64,000 bases of DNA, from the sequence record NC_029103.1; one strand, 5' to 3'. This document shows, in pieces, positions 34,275 to 44,834 of the stretch. A program made the translations under genes and the position numbers. The stretch's first letter is position 1. Each line of letters begins with the position of its first letter. The notes below the pieces were generated by a model that was not told the origin of the DNA, made no database searches, and saw nothing but the letters and a program-made list of their open reading frames with translations.

Positions 34275-34808
34275 TCACTCGACCATAAACCACTCACAAC
34301 CATTACACGTAATATCGTTTATATCATCTATAACCACACTATCACCTAAGCAGACCGCAGTACGCTTACGACCGGGCTTTTTCACTTTCGCTATAATACA
34401 TTTCTTGTAGTTAAACGTAAGGTGGTGGAACCCACCTATATCAAATTCTAAAGCGTCAAAAGTGTGTCCTCCATCTGTTTTATACTGTATTTTACGGTAT
34501 GAGGAAATGTAGTATTCAGAAGCTGAAGCCGAGCTTACTACTGCGAACTTCTTTAGGTCGACCTGTTTTTTCAGATAAACCGCATAGTTAGTGTCCTGTA
34601 TCATCACATCGGTAACGAAGTAAATCCCAGGGTGCATGATCCTGTGCTGTAGTCTGCCGGCTATCCTTGTATCGACGTAAAGTGTGTATTCGTTCCCATT
34701 TTCAACTATTTTGTATATTTTATTCTTGAACGGATTTCGCAGGTAGTTAAATAATATCACGTTTTTGCCGACGAGTGATTCTAAAGGGGAAAGAGACATT
34801 ATTACCAC
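34275..34808 (-). CDS. Hypothetical protein
   Basis: 177-aa ORF in minus-strand operon. Confidence 0.65.
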   Translation of the reverse strand: MVIMSLSPLESLVGKNVILFNYLRNPFKNKIYKIVENGNEYTLYVDTRIAGRLQHRIMHPGIYFVTDVMIQDTNYAVYLKKQVDLKKFAVVSSASASEYYISSYRKIQYKTDGGHTFDALEFDIGGFHHLTFNYKKCIIAKVKKPGRKRTAVCLGDSVVIDDINDITCNGCEWFMVE

Positions 34809-35377
34809 CAGAGACCGAGGGTTCTCCGTTTATTCATTGACGCCAGGTAGTCCTTCCTCGCAACACTAGCGAAAATAAAGTAATTATTGTAGGTAAACCC
34901 AACGGCACCGAATGTATCAAACTCCTTAGAATAGTTAGTAGGCTCAGAATCTTCAAACTTGTTAATGACGAAGTAATTCGATACATCGTTATAACGTTCC
35001 AAGATAAGCCAGATCCACCTTGGGAAGACGAAAAACTTCCTTTTAGCGTTCACGTTCATTTTTAGTATCTTCTCTCTCTTCCTCGCAAACTCTTGCGGAG
35101 AAATGTAAACTATTGCGAAATAGACTATCCTGTCACTCGGGTTCCCTTGGTTTATCTGTGTAGTCATCTTATAGTATAATTTCAGGAAATCAATGGGTAA
35201 ATCCATCATTACGGAAATACCGCTAGTTTCAGAATACATTATAGCTACATGTACACCGTTTTTCTCTATTATNTTCGTTTTTTTATCAATGCTGACAAGG
35301 GCTGGAGGCAAAAGTAATAATGCGTCGTAATTCTTATAGACTGTTGGTGATTGTTTTTTCTTCTTAAACAATAACAC
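34802..35377 (-). CDS. Hypothetical protein
   Basis: 191-aa ORF. Confidence 0.65.
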   Translation of the reverse strand: MLLFKKKKQSPTVYKNYDALLLLPPALVSIDKKTXIIEKNGVHVAIMYSETSGISVMMDLPIDFLKLYYKMTTQINQGNPSDRIVYFAIVYISPQEFARKREKILKMNVNAKRKFFVFPRWIWLILERYNDVSNYFVINKFEDSEPTNYSKEFDTFGAVGFTYNNYFIFASVARKDYLASMNKRRTLGLWW

Positions 35378-35391
35378 GAGTATTACACCTC

Positions 35392-35775
35392 CTAAGGTAT
35401 GAAATAGTCACCATCATTACTACTACCAAAAATGTGCAACACGTCGACAGCGAACGCGTAAATAAAGTATGCTATAGATAGTCCGAGAATAGCGATACTG
35501 ATGTATAGTAGTACGGCACCGTCGGTACTGTAAGGCGTAACTCTATATGTCACGTTGTACGGCGTAGTGTAGACCGGGTTATANGTTATGTATGGAGAAA
35601 GGTACANGGAAATNAGAGTNAAGCCTATGGAAAACGTCAAGAACGGCAGAGCGAGCCGTAGATGCGTCAAACTGCTGTTTCTTAGCAAGAATAGCTCAAT
35701 TATAGTCAAAACGACGAACCCACCTGCAACATCGACAAGGAAGACTTGAAGTATAAAAAAATGGAGGTAATGCAT
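35392..35775 (-). CDS. Small membrane protein
   Basis: Hydrophobic helices, N-V-T sequon in loop. Confidence 0.6.
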   Translation of the reverse strand: MHYLHFFILQVFLVDVAGGFVVLTIIELFLLRNSSLTHLRLALPFLTFSIGXTXISXYLSPYIXYNPVYTTPYNVTYRVTPYSTDGAVLLYISIAILGLSIAYFIYAFAVDVLHIFGSSNDGDYFIP

Positions 35776-35815
35776 TTATTACAGTTGAATTTACTGCAGT
35801 CATATTTCCTCAACA

Positions 35816-36127
35816 TCACCACAGTAGTTCCTTTTCGTTTACGATTTCTTCAATTGTTTTACCGTTTCTGAGTCTTTTGGTGATTTCNCTCATNGCGTTA
35901 AGGAGTGCTATGCTCGTGTATGGAGGTTCTTTTACTTCTACTACTTCTCCGTCATCGTTAAGCTCCCAATACCCNTTCGCNAAAAGGTACATGAACGATA
36001 GCATCTCTGGGAAATCACTATCGTTCTTACTTTGAATTGTAGAAAGGGTCTCGAATGCCTTTTTTAGAACTTTACACTCCGGTTTCATGTCTTTAACCTT
36101 CTGCAAAAAAGGTTTAAAAACCAGCAA
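35816..36127 (-). CDS. Hypothetical protein
   Basis: 103-aa ORF. Confidence 0.55.
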   Translation of the reverse strand: MLVFKPFLQKVKDMKPECKVLKKAFETLSTIQSKNDSDFPEMLSFMYLXAXGYWELNDDGEVVEVKEPPYTSIALLNXMXEITKRLRNGKTIEEIVNEKELLW

Positions 36128-36217
36128 GAAGGAATTCCTCTTAAACAGATGTTTGAAAGTTGACTTCCTCCCCCCGGGTCATTCGACTTTTTAAAGCTAT
36201 CACGCGAAGAATCTAAC

Positions 36218-36802
36218 ATGGTAAACTCGAAAGTCAACATAGATAAATATTTCACAGTGCGTGTAGAAGGGTTCATGCCCCAAGATACACCGACCATTGG
36301 TGTGGCATACGTCGATTTCTACACGAGAATCGACAGAGTCAAAAACGANAAATTTGCACACACGAACATATTATGCATAGGCATAGGTGACGGACATNAN
36401 ACTCTTTATATTTCTGCCGTTGTGGACAACGAATATATCAAGAAACACCGCGAAATAATGATGACGTCAAACCTTAACCTCTTCAAATTTGGGATATATT
36501 TCTTTTTTGATGACGGAAAAGGTAATAAGAAGGTCTACCTATTCTACGAACCGTTCGACCCAGCGACGTTAGAAAAGTTTGCAGAAATGAAAAACGACGA
36601 AGAGGCGATAAACTACTTCGACACTAGGTTTCAGGGAAAATGCAGTAAACTAGCATGGGAAAGAGACGAAAAAGGTCTCAAAACGTTTTACTTCGTGTAT
36701 AATGTCGAGGGCAAAGCTAAGGAACTAGAGTTCAAAGAAGAGAACGGGAAAATAACAATAANAGGTTTTAANCAAACAACGAAGGAGAGTGGAACCAAAT
36801 GA
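36218..36802 (+). CDS. Hypothetical protein
   Basis: 194-aa ORF coupled to the HAD gene. Confidence 0.65.
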   Translation: MVNSKVNIDKYFTVRVEGFMPQDTPTIGVAYVDFYTRIDRVKNXKFAHTNILCIGIGDGHXTLYISAVVDNEYIKKHREIMMTSNLNLFKFGIYFFFDDGKGNKKVYLFYEPFDPATLEKFAEMKNDEEAINYFDTRFQGKCSKLAWERDEKGLKTFYFVYNVEGKAKELEFKEENGKITIXGFXQTTKESGTK

Positions 36803-37293
36803 TGTTAGTCNTNGATCTNGACGGCACGCTTTTCGATACTTCNGCNAGGTGGAACGAATGCGAGAAGCTNGCNAACGGAAATAAACGTATGTTTTGGGAA
36901 TGNTNNCAGTCNNCNAGGTTCATGAANNTGGANAANCCAAAACGGGANGTTATCGAGTTCGTGAAACAGTTAGTGGAAGAGAAAAAACCCGAAGTAATAG
37001 CAGTGGTCAGCGGTCGTTCGGAAAAACAGCGTGAAGATACTCTCAAACAGCTGTCTAAGATAGGAATAAACCCCAACGAGGTCGTGCTGAGGAACGAAAA
37101 GGACTTCAGGAAAGATTATGAGTTTAAGAGAGATGCAATAAAGGGGCTAATGGAAAAATACGACCAGGGTAAGGTAATAATGATAGATGACAGTGACGCA
37201 GTGTTAGAATATCTGGAAAAAGAGGGGATAGAAGTAATTGATGCAAAAAAGATAGTGAAAAGAGAGAGAAAGGAGAATACGAATGCCTTGTAG
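36799..37293 (+). CDS. HAD-superfamily phosphatase (PNKP-phosphatase-like)
   Basis: DxDGTLFD, VSGR, K, IDD motifs. Confidence 0.8.
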   Translation: MMLVXDXDGTLFDTXXRWNECEKXXNGNKRMFWEXXQXXRFMXXXXPKRXVIEFVKQLVEEKKPEVIAVVSGRSEKQREDTLKQLSKIGINPNEVVLRNEKDFRKDYEFKRDAIKGLMEKYDQGKVIMIDDSDAVLEYLEKEGIEVIDAKKIVKRERKENTNAL

Positions 37294-37301
37294 AGAAAAA
37301 A

Positions 37302-38096
37302 TTAGGAGGAGAGATCTGATTTAATTTTATTTATGATGTGTGACGAAAGGTGGCACGGGTTTTTGTTGTACAGTATAACGTACTGTAAACAAATCGGTGA
37401 TATATTGTATTTCAACGCTAATTTTTCTATTTCTTTCCTTGTTATTGTGCTATTTGTAGTCGTTGTACTTTTGTTCCATAAATTATAGTTCCACCAGTCA
37501 GCATCATCACAGTTATCTTTCTCGCCTAGCATCTTCTTGAAGTGGCATATTATTTTCCTTAGATCTGTTGGTAATTCTGATTCTTCTGATGTTGACGGAA
37601 TGTTGTGAGTTTTTATAATATATTTGTAGGAAGAATTAGCAACATTGATGAGCTTGCTGAGTAATAACAGACCTGATTGTGATATATCGTAATAGGATCT
37701 GTGCAACCATACTGAGAAGAAGAGGTAGGGTATTTTGGTGTTAGCGAGAGAATTAATAAACTTTTCTAGGCTTATCATGGAGATCAACGGAAATTTTTTT
37801 GTTATTGGATCTGCAATTTCAGCTTGCGGTAGTTGCTTCCTTATCTGGTCAAACCTACTGGGTCTCGTTATTATAAACAAAGGTGTCAGTAGCTCATTTC
37901 CTTCAAAATTAACAATACTGGTTAGTTCGATGTTATAAAAGTTGCTGTAAAACGATATTTCAATAGGTGTGATATATCCTTGTTGTACTAACCATCTGAA
38001 TTTTTTAATCTCTGGCTCGAACTGTTCGCTCATTTCGGTCATCACCTCGAAATTTAGAACACATAGAACTTTCTCTGTATTGATGAATAGTGCCAA
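37302..38096 (-). CDS. Hypothetical protein
   Basis: 264-aa ORF (start may be internal). Confidence 0.6.
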   Translation of the reverse strand: MALFINTEKVLCVLNFEVMTEMSEQFEPEIKKFRWLVQQGYITPIEISFYSNFYNIELTSIVNFEGNELLTPLFIITRPSRFDQIRKQLPQAEIADPITKKFPLISMISLEKFINSLANTKIPYLFFSVWLHRSYYDISQSGLLLLSKLINVANSSYKYIIKTHNIPSTSEESELPTDLRKIICHFKKMLGEKDNCDDADWWNYNLWNKSTTTTNSTITRKEIEKLALKYNISPICLQYVILYNKNPCHLSSHIINKIKSDLSS

Positions 38097-38617
38097 AGCC
38101 TTCCGAATCCTGCCAACTGCGATAACTGTACTACAAGCTCGTACGGTAGCCCAGAAATATAGACTCCTCCTTGTTTTAGTAACAATTTAATTTTCTCGAA
38201 TTCGTTTAATTCTATAGTAATCACTTCGGTATCGTTGTATTTTTTACTTAATAATTCTAGGGCATACTTTGCTAGAAATAATGGTGATTTCTCATCTGCA
38301 CTAAGTACTTCTTTCGTCGTTATGAAGTACTTTAGTGATATCGTATGACGTAAAACTAAAATCGCCCCTATAATTCCCCCTGCCCCGCTAATTGCTATAG
38401 AGGCAGGAGGGGAGATTTTGATATCTGTAACTAATTGATTGTAAACAAACTCTACTGGCATTTGTGGTGCATCGTTGATATGGCTTAGTGCAAAATCGAC
38501 ATGTTGTTTCTCTATCCTGGGAGACTTTAATATAACCTCCCAGGATAATGTTTGGCTAGTTGTTTGATTTGTAGAATTAGGATTTGATTTAACTTGTGGT
38601 TGTTGTGGAGTGGTCAT
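38054..38617 (-). CDS. Hypothetical protein
   Basis: 187-aa ORF preceded by the A+B promoter cassette. Confidence 0.7.
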   Translation of the reverse strand: MTTPQQPQVKSNPNSTNQTTSQTLSWEVILKSPRIEKQHVDFALSHINDAPQMPVEFVYNQLVTDIKISPPASIAISGAGGIIGAILVLRHTISLKYFITTKEVLSADEKSPLFLAKYALELLSKKYNDTEVITIELNEFEKIKLLLKQGGVYISGLPYELVVQLSQLAGFGRLWHYSSIQRKFYVF

Positions 38618-38763
38618 ATTTGGTCAATCATATGTATGCCAACGAGAATATTTAAGTTTTCTGCATAACCCGTTAGGAGGAAAAGCGGGTTGAGGTGTGT
38701 GGTGAGGAGAGAGGAAATAAGACCTCAAACAGTTGTTTGAGAGAAAGAGGGAATAAAAAAGAA

Positions 38764-39216
38764 CTAGCAAACTTCAGCAGTTGATCTAATTTTAATTATA
38801 TACCTGCCAGAAGACAGTTTTTTAGAATATATTTCGTAATACACTGTACACCAACCAACGTATTCGTTATGATAATCCCTACCTTCAATTAACAACTTTA
38901 GTTCTTGTAATGCCTTATCCTTCAATGTCTTTGCTTTCTTCTTCTTTTTGTTTTCCCACATTACTTCTAATTCATAACCAAGATCGGGGTCTGGGTCATG
39001 TTCAAACGTATAGTGCATGTCAAGTTCTTCATAACTTTCAGCGATAAAACCACAAAGTTTGCAAAAATACAATTTGTTTTCTTCTTGAATTTTATTTTTC
39101 TTCTGAGTAGTGCTACTTCCCATGGTTTTCGCCACTATAGTATTCGTTATGGGAATATATAAAATTTCTGCCAAACAAGTTAGGCAGTAAATGTTAGAAC
39201 AAACGTGGTAAAACAA
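38764..39216 (-). CDS. C2H2 zinc-finger protein
   Basis: FCKLCGF..SYEELDMHYTFEH. Confidence 0.7.
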   Translation of the reverse strand: MFYHVCSNIYCLTCLAEILYIPITNTIVAKTMGSSTTQKKNKIQEENKLYFCKLCGFIAESYEELDMHYTFEHDPDPDLGYELEVMWENKKKKKAKTLKDKALQELKLLIEGRDYHNEYVGWCTVYYEIYSKKLSSGRYIIKIRSTAEVC

Positions 39217-39327
39217 ACGACAAGTCTTATATCTCTCAGGACGCGGAGCAGGTCGAGGGCTGGGTACGGCGAGACAACTCTACAACAGCTGTTTGAGAGG
39301 GCAATAAAAATAAAAACGGGCTGGCTT

Positions 39328-39516
39328 TTAGCTTGTGAGCGAGTACAGTTTGTACAAATACATCTGGATTTTTTGCACAACAAAATATGCTTTCCCTAGC
39401 TTCTCCTTATCCAGATTACCTTTCGTCATAATCTCATTCATAAGCTCTTCCAACTCACTGAAATCGTCTTTTAACATTTCCGTGATTTTTTGTGCCAATA
39501 TTTCATCCATATTCAT
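39328..39516 (-). CDS. Small helical protein
   Basis: 62 aa, preceded by the A+B promoter cassette. Confidence 0.65.
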   Translation of the reverse strand: MNMDEILAQKITEMLKDDFSELEELMNEIMTKGNLDKEKLGKAYFVVQKIQMYLYKLYSLTS

Positions 39517-39661
39517 GGCACTTAATTACTGGTAAGTCTGGTATTTAAAATTTCTGCTCAACAAGTTAGACAGAATCGACGAGCTGTGTACACTGAAAAC
39601 AACTCTAAAACAGCTGTTGTTTAAAATCGGATTAAAAGAGAAGGAGAAGGGAAAAAAAGAA

Positions 39662-39856
39662 TTATTGATTTTGCGGTTGTTGACTTTGGTTCTGCTTGGG
39701 TTTGAAAAAGATTATCTTGTTCTCTGGATCCAAGACTGGCTCATAATCGAGTAAAAAAACAGCAGATTTTCCTGGCACTGAAATGTAGTATATCGGATAT
39801 ACTTTACCGTTTTTCTTCGTTGTTTTAACCCTCCATCTTAACTTTACCTCGACCAT
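39662..39856 (-). CDS. Small basic beta-rich protein, possibly AbrB-like DNA-binding
   Basis: RVK..K.GK...YYISVP pattern; directly downstream of the recombinase. Confidence 0.5.
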   Translation of the reverse strand: MVEVKLRWRVKTTKKNGKVYPIYYISVPGKSAVFLLDYEPVLDPENKIIFFKPKQNQSQQPQNQ

Positions 39857-39910
39857 ATTTTCACCTATTATATAATATGAATTATATGCTTAAAAAGGTA
39901 GTCAAGATAG

Positions 39911-40639
39911 TTAGGTAGAAAGTTTACGCAAAATATCCAGGGCGTCTTTCGTTTGTGTGTACTGTATAATTCTTTCTAACTTCCTATGTCCGGTTATCTT
40001 CGCGATAAGTGCTGGGTCTGTAGCATTTTTTGCCAGGAAGGAAATCAGTGCATATCGCAACGAATGTGTGTTGCACTTCAGGTATTTCAGTGCGAACATC
40101 CTTATTCTTGCTTCCAGTTTATCGTCATTGATGGTCAGTACTGATTTGTAAGCTAGTCTGTTCCTGATGACATCGGGGATAATGAAGAACCTCGTGTTGC
40201 CGTGCTTTTCTGCTTGCAGTTGAAACTCTCTTTGCCCCGATTCCGCAAACGTCTTAAATGCCCTAATTGCCTCACCTATCCTAGCACCGTTTAACAGCTG
40301 TATGAGCAGAATGGCAACGTACGCCTCGTAGGGCATCAAGTTCAAATCAAACAGCTGTTTGTACGCAGACGTGAGGACTTTCTTGGCTTCGAGGAAATCT
40401 ACGCTGTAGTCCCAAGTATGCTCTATCTTCTTCTTGCCGAGCGGTCTCAGAATTCTCTTGAGTACCTCACTTTCCTCTCTCTTTCCTTTCTTCTTCTCCT
40501 CCTTCAGTCCTAGTTTTACAGCTATCATATCAACGATATCCTTCCATCCCTTTTCCTTAGCTTCTTTAAGGTACTCCAAAAGCTTAGGGGAGTTGTCGGG
40601 AAGGTTTAGAATAATTTGCTTAAGTTCGTCTTTGTCCAT
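39911..40639 (-). CDS. Tyrosine recombinase (compact Xer/integrase catalytic type)
   Basis: NGARIGE (R), K, HSLR (HxxR), TGH, QY (catalytic Tyr). Confidence 0.9.
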   Translation of the reverse strand: MDKDELKQIILNLPDNSPKLLEYLKEAKEKGWKDIVDMIAVKLGLKEEKKKGKREESEVLKRILRPLGKKKIEHTWDYSVDFLEAKKVLTSAYKQLFDLNLMPYEAYVAILLIQLLNGARIGEAIRAFKTFAESGQREFQLQAEKHGNTRFFIIPDVIRNRLAYKSVLTINDDKLEARIRMFALKYLKCNTHSLRYALISFLAKNATDPALIAKITGHRKLERIIQYTQTKDALDILRKLST

Positions 40640-40765
40640 TTATTTCACCCTGTTACTATCAAAAATTGAATTTTGTTTTTATCGGGTTGACTTAATTCTC
40701 CCTTATCTTCCATTTCGCTTTCCCTCATATTATCCTCTCAAACAGAAGTTTAAAAACCCCGAGGG

Positions 40766-40791
40766 ATTTCGCTTTGAGCCGAAAGCGAAAT
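40766..40791. repeat. Perfect inverted repeat, 10-bp arms with 6-bp spacer; candidate recombinase site
   Basis: ATTTCGCTTT-GAGCCG-AAAGCGAAAT; extra arm copy at 40712-40721. Confidence 0.6.
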
Positions 40792-40832
40792 GTTTTTAAT
40801 ACTACCTTCCTATTTTTTACATGGGGAAATAG

Positions 40833-41519
40833 ATGAAAATATTAAAGAGCGAATTGTTAGGAATTGAAGAAAATGATAATAAGTTAAAAATAACATTCAA
40901 AACCACTTCTAGCGAACCATTAGTATTTAGATTTAAGAATGAGATATTCGGAATTGCGGAAAATGTGGACATTTATGAAATTACTTTTGACGTGTTTCCA
41001 GTGATCATGCTTGATTATACTATGAAAAATGCATTTACAGAAAGATTCAAAAGAATGACGACTGACAAATACATTATAAATGTAGACACAATCGGTGATT
41101 TTAACGACTTCGACGAATTCAAAAACTTCTTGGTTAGATATCCATCGTATGTACGTTTTTTAGAACTAGTATACCGCATTTTTAACATGAAACCATGGTT
41201 ATTTCCTCTGTATATTTCAACATTTTCGTACAAACATTATATAAATTTAAATCAGCATGAAAATCAGCATGAGCATGAAATAGAAATAACAATAGAAAAG
41301 ATAAGTATCAGCAATATCTTCAAGAAGTTTCATGTTAACAATAAAATATCAATGAAATTGCTAGACAAAAATGGTTATTTGTTGTTATCAATCAATAATA
41401 CACCTTTTATCGATTTAGGTCATACTATAATGTATAATGATCTTATTAAAATATTAGAAGAAAGACCGAAAGCGATAATAAATATATTAATAATGCTAAT
41501 ATTAACTCTTGCAGATTGA
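40833..41519 (+). CDS. Hypothetical protein
   Basis: 228-aa ORF, very AT-rich. Confidence 0.65.
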   Translation: MKILKSELLGIEENDNKLKITFKTTSSEPLVFRFKNEIFGIAENVDIYEITFDVFPVIMLDYTMKNAFTERFKRMTTDKYIINVDTIGDFNDFDEFKNFLVRYPSYVRFLELVYRIFNMKPWLFPLYISTFSYKHYINLNQHENQHEHEIEITIEKISISNIFKKFHVNNKISMKLLDKNGYLLLSINNTPFIDLGHTIMYNDLIKILEERPKAIINILIMLILTLAD

Positions 41520-41797
41520 CGTATTTAATTATGAACTCCTCAAAAGTTTTTTCTCCCTGACCTATTTTCTCCCCTTAAACGAGCTGAATATTGTTACAGC
41601 TTGGTGGAGCTACATGTCAACTTCTTAAGGAGCTTTAACAGCTTTTTTAAGAATTTGTATTCCTTCCCGTCATTGCCCATCATACTTCTTATTGTGACGG
41701 TCAGTGGGAAAATAGTCATTTTCTTTTCTAACAGCTGTTCATTTATATGTTAGTTTGTTGATTATTTATTTAGAGTGAATTTGGAAAAGGTGGTAAT

Positions 41798-42448
41798 ATG
41801 ACCCCACTCAATATAAACCTCAATATAAATCCACTCACAGGGGTCGAAATAATAATAACGCTACTTTTAGCAATAGCCACATACGATGTATATACTAAAG
41901 TAAAAACAACAAAAACAAAACATTTACACGAGATATTAAGTCTTGAAGCAATTGCAATAAAATCAACAATTATAGACATGTCACGGTTTGCTCTATTATG
42001 GGTAGCCATGATCTTATCATTAATTAGTATAATATGGTCTACTAAGTTATCTATAGTGTTCGTAGCAGACTCGCTACAAAGTCCTTTATCTACTGGCATT
42101 GAAATCGCCCTTTTCCTGCTTTTATTTGTTAATGTCACATTCATCCGTTATTTCTTTAACAAATACGGAGCCGTCTACAAATTGCCACTCGCATTTTTAG
42201 TGAGAAATAATATTAAACAGTTCCTAGCTAAACGTCCAGAAATGGTTATAACACTAATGGCTTTTCCTATAGCATACGCCATAACAATTATCTACCTTTT
42301 GACGCTACTCATAAATGCTCCATCACTTTTATCAAAAGAGGTTGTAGGTATAGTCACTGTACTTCTGCTCATTGAGGTTCTACCTAACAAAAAATATGAT
42401 AACGCTATTAATCTTGTAGAAAAAATTTGGAGTATAAGAATGAAGTGA
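41798..42448 (+). CDS. Multi-pass membrane protein, paralogue of 45267..45962
   Basis: Shared K.T....LS...I..KS.I..M.RF and YFF.KYG..YKLP motifs. Confidence 0.75.
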   Translation: MTPLNINLNINPLTGVEIIITLLLAIATYDVYTKVKTTKTKHLHEILSLEAIAIKSTIIDMSRFALLWVAMILSLISIIWSTKLSIVFVADSLQSPLSTGIEIALFLLLFVNVTFIRYFFNKYGAVYKLPLAFLVRNNIKQFLAKRPEMVITLMAFPIAYAITIIYLLTLLINAPSLLSKEVVGIVTVLLLIEVLPNKKYDNAINLVEKIWSIRMK

Positions 42449-42619
42449 AATAATTTTTCTTTACTTTCTTTTTGGTCTCTATTTTCTGTGATACTCATAT
42501 TATTTCTTTTCCCCTCCCCGTTTCTTTCTCCTCGGCTTCTTTCGTGTTGTCGATAATTTCAAACAGCTGTTTAAAAGCTTAAATATTCGCCTACCGAATG
42601 TTGTTGTAAGGGTCGAAAA

Positions 42620-43036
42620 ATGATGGAAGAGTTAATGGAAAAAATTAAAGAATTCCTAGATGGAAAGAACGCAGAATATAATATAGGTCAGCCAGAAGAA
42701 ACTGTAAATGACACGACATTAGTAGAAATTAAGTTGGGGAAACCTATAGAGTTAACAGAAAACGAATACGAAAAGTTAAGCGATCTTCTAAGGTTCTTAG
42801 GTTTTCGTCCTACTGACATATGGGAAAACCGGGTAAATGATTCCTTGAATTATAGAAGTTATAAAGGCGTTGACGAGTTCCTAGACAAGAACAACGACCA
42901 GGTGCGTATATATTATACTAAAGTTTCAACAGGTGACGAAACTACATATTTTGTTAATAAGATAGAGTTTGAGACTGAGGAAAATATACAGAAATATTTT
43001 AATGAGCTAAAGAAATATGTGAACGAACTTTTCTAA
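42620..43036 (+). CDS. Acidic protein; weak resemblance to the AcrID1 family
   Basis: K.IELTENEYEKL..RIYY..TYFVNKIEF pattern; resemblance from memory only. Confidence 0.45.
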   Translation: MMEELMEKIKEFLDGKNAEYNIGQPEETVNDTTLVEIKLGKPIELTENEYEKLSDLLRFLGFRPTDIWENRVNDSLNYRSYKGVDEFLDKNNDQVRIYYTKVSTGDETTYFVNKIEFETEENIQKYFNELKKYVNELF

Positions 43037-43165
43037 TCTAAGCTAATTTTTCGTTTCTCTACACTGTCCTTAACCCCACCTGGGTCTGCTTCTTGCAGAC
43101 TGACAGTACCCTCAAACATCTGTTTTATTTAAATACTAGCACCTATAATACTTTATTGAGGAAGG

Positions 43166-43858
43166 ATGGTTAAGGCTTGGTTTGACCAGTTAGATTTTGA
43201 TGTGATAGAAGATATAGAATACACTCGCGACGGAAAACCTGTAAAACCCTACGTGTCCTCATTTCATATTGTTACAAAGGTTCGATACGACGGTAAATAC
43301 AAAGAATTAGATGTTATGGTCTTTCCGCAAAAGAATAAGATATTGATAGGATATCTGAAGGACGGTGAGTTTGAGGTCGTTGACGCAAAACTCTATGATT
43401 CAAGTGTTGGAATGGTGTTTGATGACCTGCTTGACACACTTACCCCAATTACTAAAACAGTTCAAGAGAAAATACAGGAGGAAATTCAAGAGCTTAGTAA
43501 CAATCCTGATAATGACGTATTGCCTAATATAACGCAGACCTTAAGGGTATACGGGACGATATTTAATGAAAATCCTTACGGTGAATATGTAGGTAATGTC
43601 ACTATCAAACAGTATGTAGGCACCAGCGTTGAGACGGAGCATAAAGTTGCTGAAGAATCGTTTGAGGTGAAAAAATCAAGTGATGGGGAACTAGAAGCAG
43701 TAGAATATGATCACGGGAAAGAGATATTCAATCCAGTTTACCAGGAGATGTTAGACACCTTAATTCCCTCTAAAAGCGAGTTCGAAGATCTTATTGGACT
43801 TATAAAGCAGGCGATAAGGGAGGGTAAAGCTGAATATGATGATAAGAACCTAATTTAG
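43166..43858 (+). CDS. Acidic protein, tandem paralogue of 43918..44754
   Basis: Shared WF...DF..KPY.S.F and KSSDGEL.AVE..FNP.YQ.ML..IPSK.EFEDL. Confidence 0.8.
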   Translation: MVKAWFDQLDFDVIEDIEYTRDGKPVKPYVSSFHIVTKVRYDGKYKELDVMVFPQKNKILIGYLKDGEFEVVDAKLYDSSVGMVFDDLLDTLTPITKTVQEKIQEEIQELSNNPDNDVLPNITQTLRVYGTIFNENPYGEYVGNVTIKQYVGTSVETEHKVAEESFEVKKSSDGELEAVEYDHGKEIFNPVYQEMLDTLIPSKSEFEDLIGLIKQAIREGKAEYDDKNLI

Positions 43859-43917
43859 CCTCTAAAACAGCTGTTTAAGTTAAATATTAGGACGAATAAT
43901 ATTTTTCCCGAGGGAAT

Positions 43918-44754
43918 ATGACAAAACACTGGCTGGAGATCTTCGATATAAAACCCTGGTTTGAGGCTTTCGACTTCCATATAAAAGTAAATATTAGGTA
44001 TACAAACGAGGAAGGGCAGATCAAGCCATACTTGTCAGCATTTTCCGTTAGCCTTGACGCACTTTATCCTCACTTACAAACTATAACAATCGCGGTTTTT
44101 CCACAGAGCGATAAGTTAGAACTACTATATGGAAATTCATACAATTACGTCATTGCTAAAGTACCTATCGAATATGCCGGACTGACATCCCATTTTATGC
44201 CGGTCGAAGAGACGCTCGACCATATAAATCTACCGGACTATGTGAAGGACTATTTGAAGAGAGTGTTGAAGCTAATACTGGACAAATTCTATGTCCGTGA
44301 TGATCCGTTGAAGTTTCTTTCCGCTCTTAACCAGGGTGACACAAATGCTCTTGACGAACTGCATAAACTAATACAGACTATACATATTTATGGAACGATA
44401 TATGACAAAGGGGACAATCGGAAAGACATAGGTAAGGTCAGTATTTACGATTATTTCGCTATCAATGGTAAAACAGAATACAACGATATTTACGATTATT
44501 TCGACAGCGTCGACTACGATGAAGCTGAACAATATGTCACTAAAAAATCATTTGTGATACAAAAATCAAGTGATGGGGAACTAACGGCAGTTGAAAAAGT
44601 CGGTGACAGAGAACTGTTCAATCCGACTTACCAGACAATGTTAAGTGTTATAATCCCCTCTAAGACGGAGTTTGAAGACCTTGTTCAATTCGTAAAGGAT
44701 GTGATAAAGGAGAAAGGCGAAGCGGAATACGGTGATAAGAATGCAGTTCTCTAA
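43918..44754 (+). CDS. Acidic protein, tandem paralogue of 43166..43858
   Basis: As above. Confidence 0.8.
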   Translation: MTKHWLEIFDIKPWFEAFDFHIKVNIRYTNEEGQIKPYLSAFSVSLDALYPHLQTITIAVFPQSDKLELLYGNSYNYVIAKVPIEYAGLTSHFMPVEETLDHINLPDYVKDYLKRVLKLILDKFYVRDDPLKFLSALNQGDTNALDELHKLIQTIHIYGTIYDKGDNRKDIGKVSIYDYFAINGKTEYNDIYDYFDSVDYDEAEQYVTKKSFVIQKSSDGELTAVEKVGDRELFNPTYQTMLSVIIPSKTEFEDLVQFVKDVIKEKGEAEYGDKNAVL

Positions 44755-44834
44755 AAACAGATGTTTAAGTTAAAATTGGGTCGTTCACTGCTCCACGTCT
44801 TCTATTTAAAAACAAACTGGTAGAAGGTAATGAT

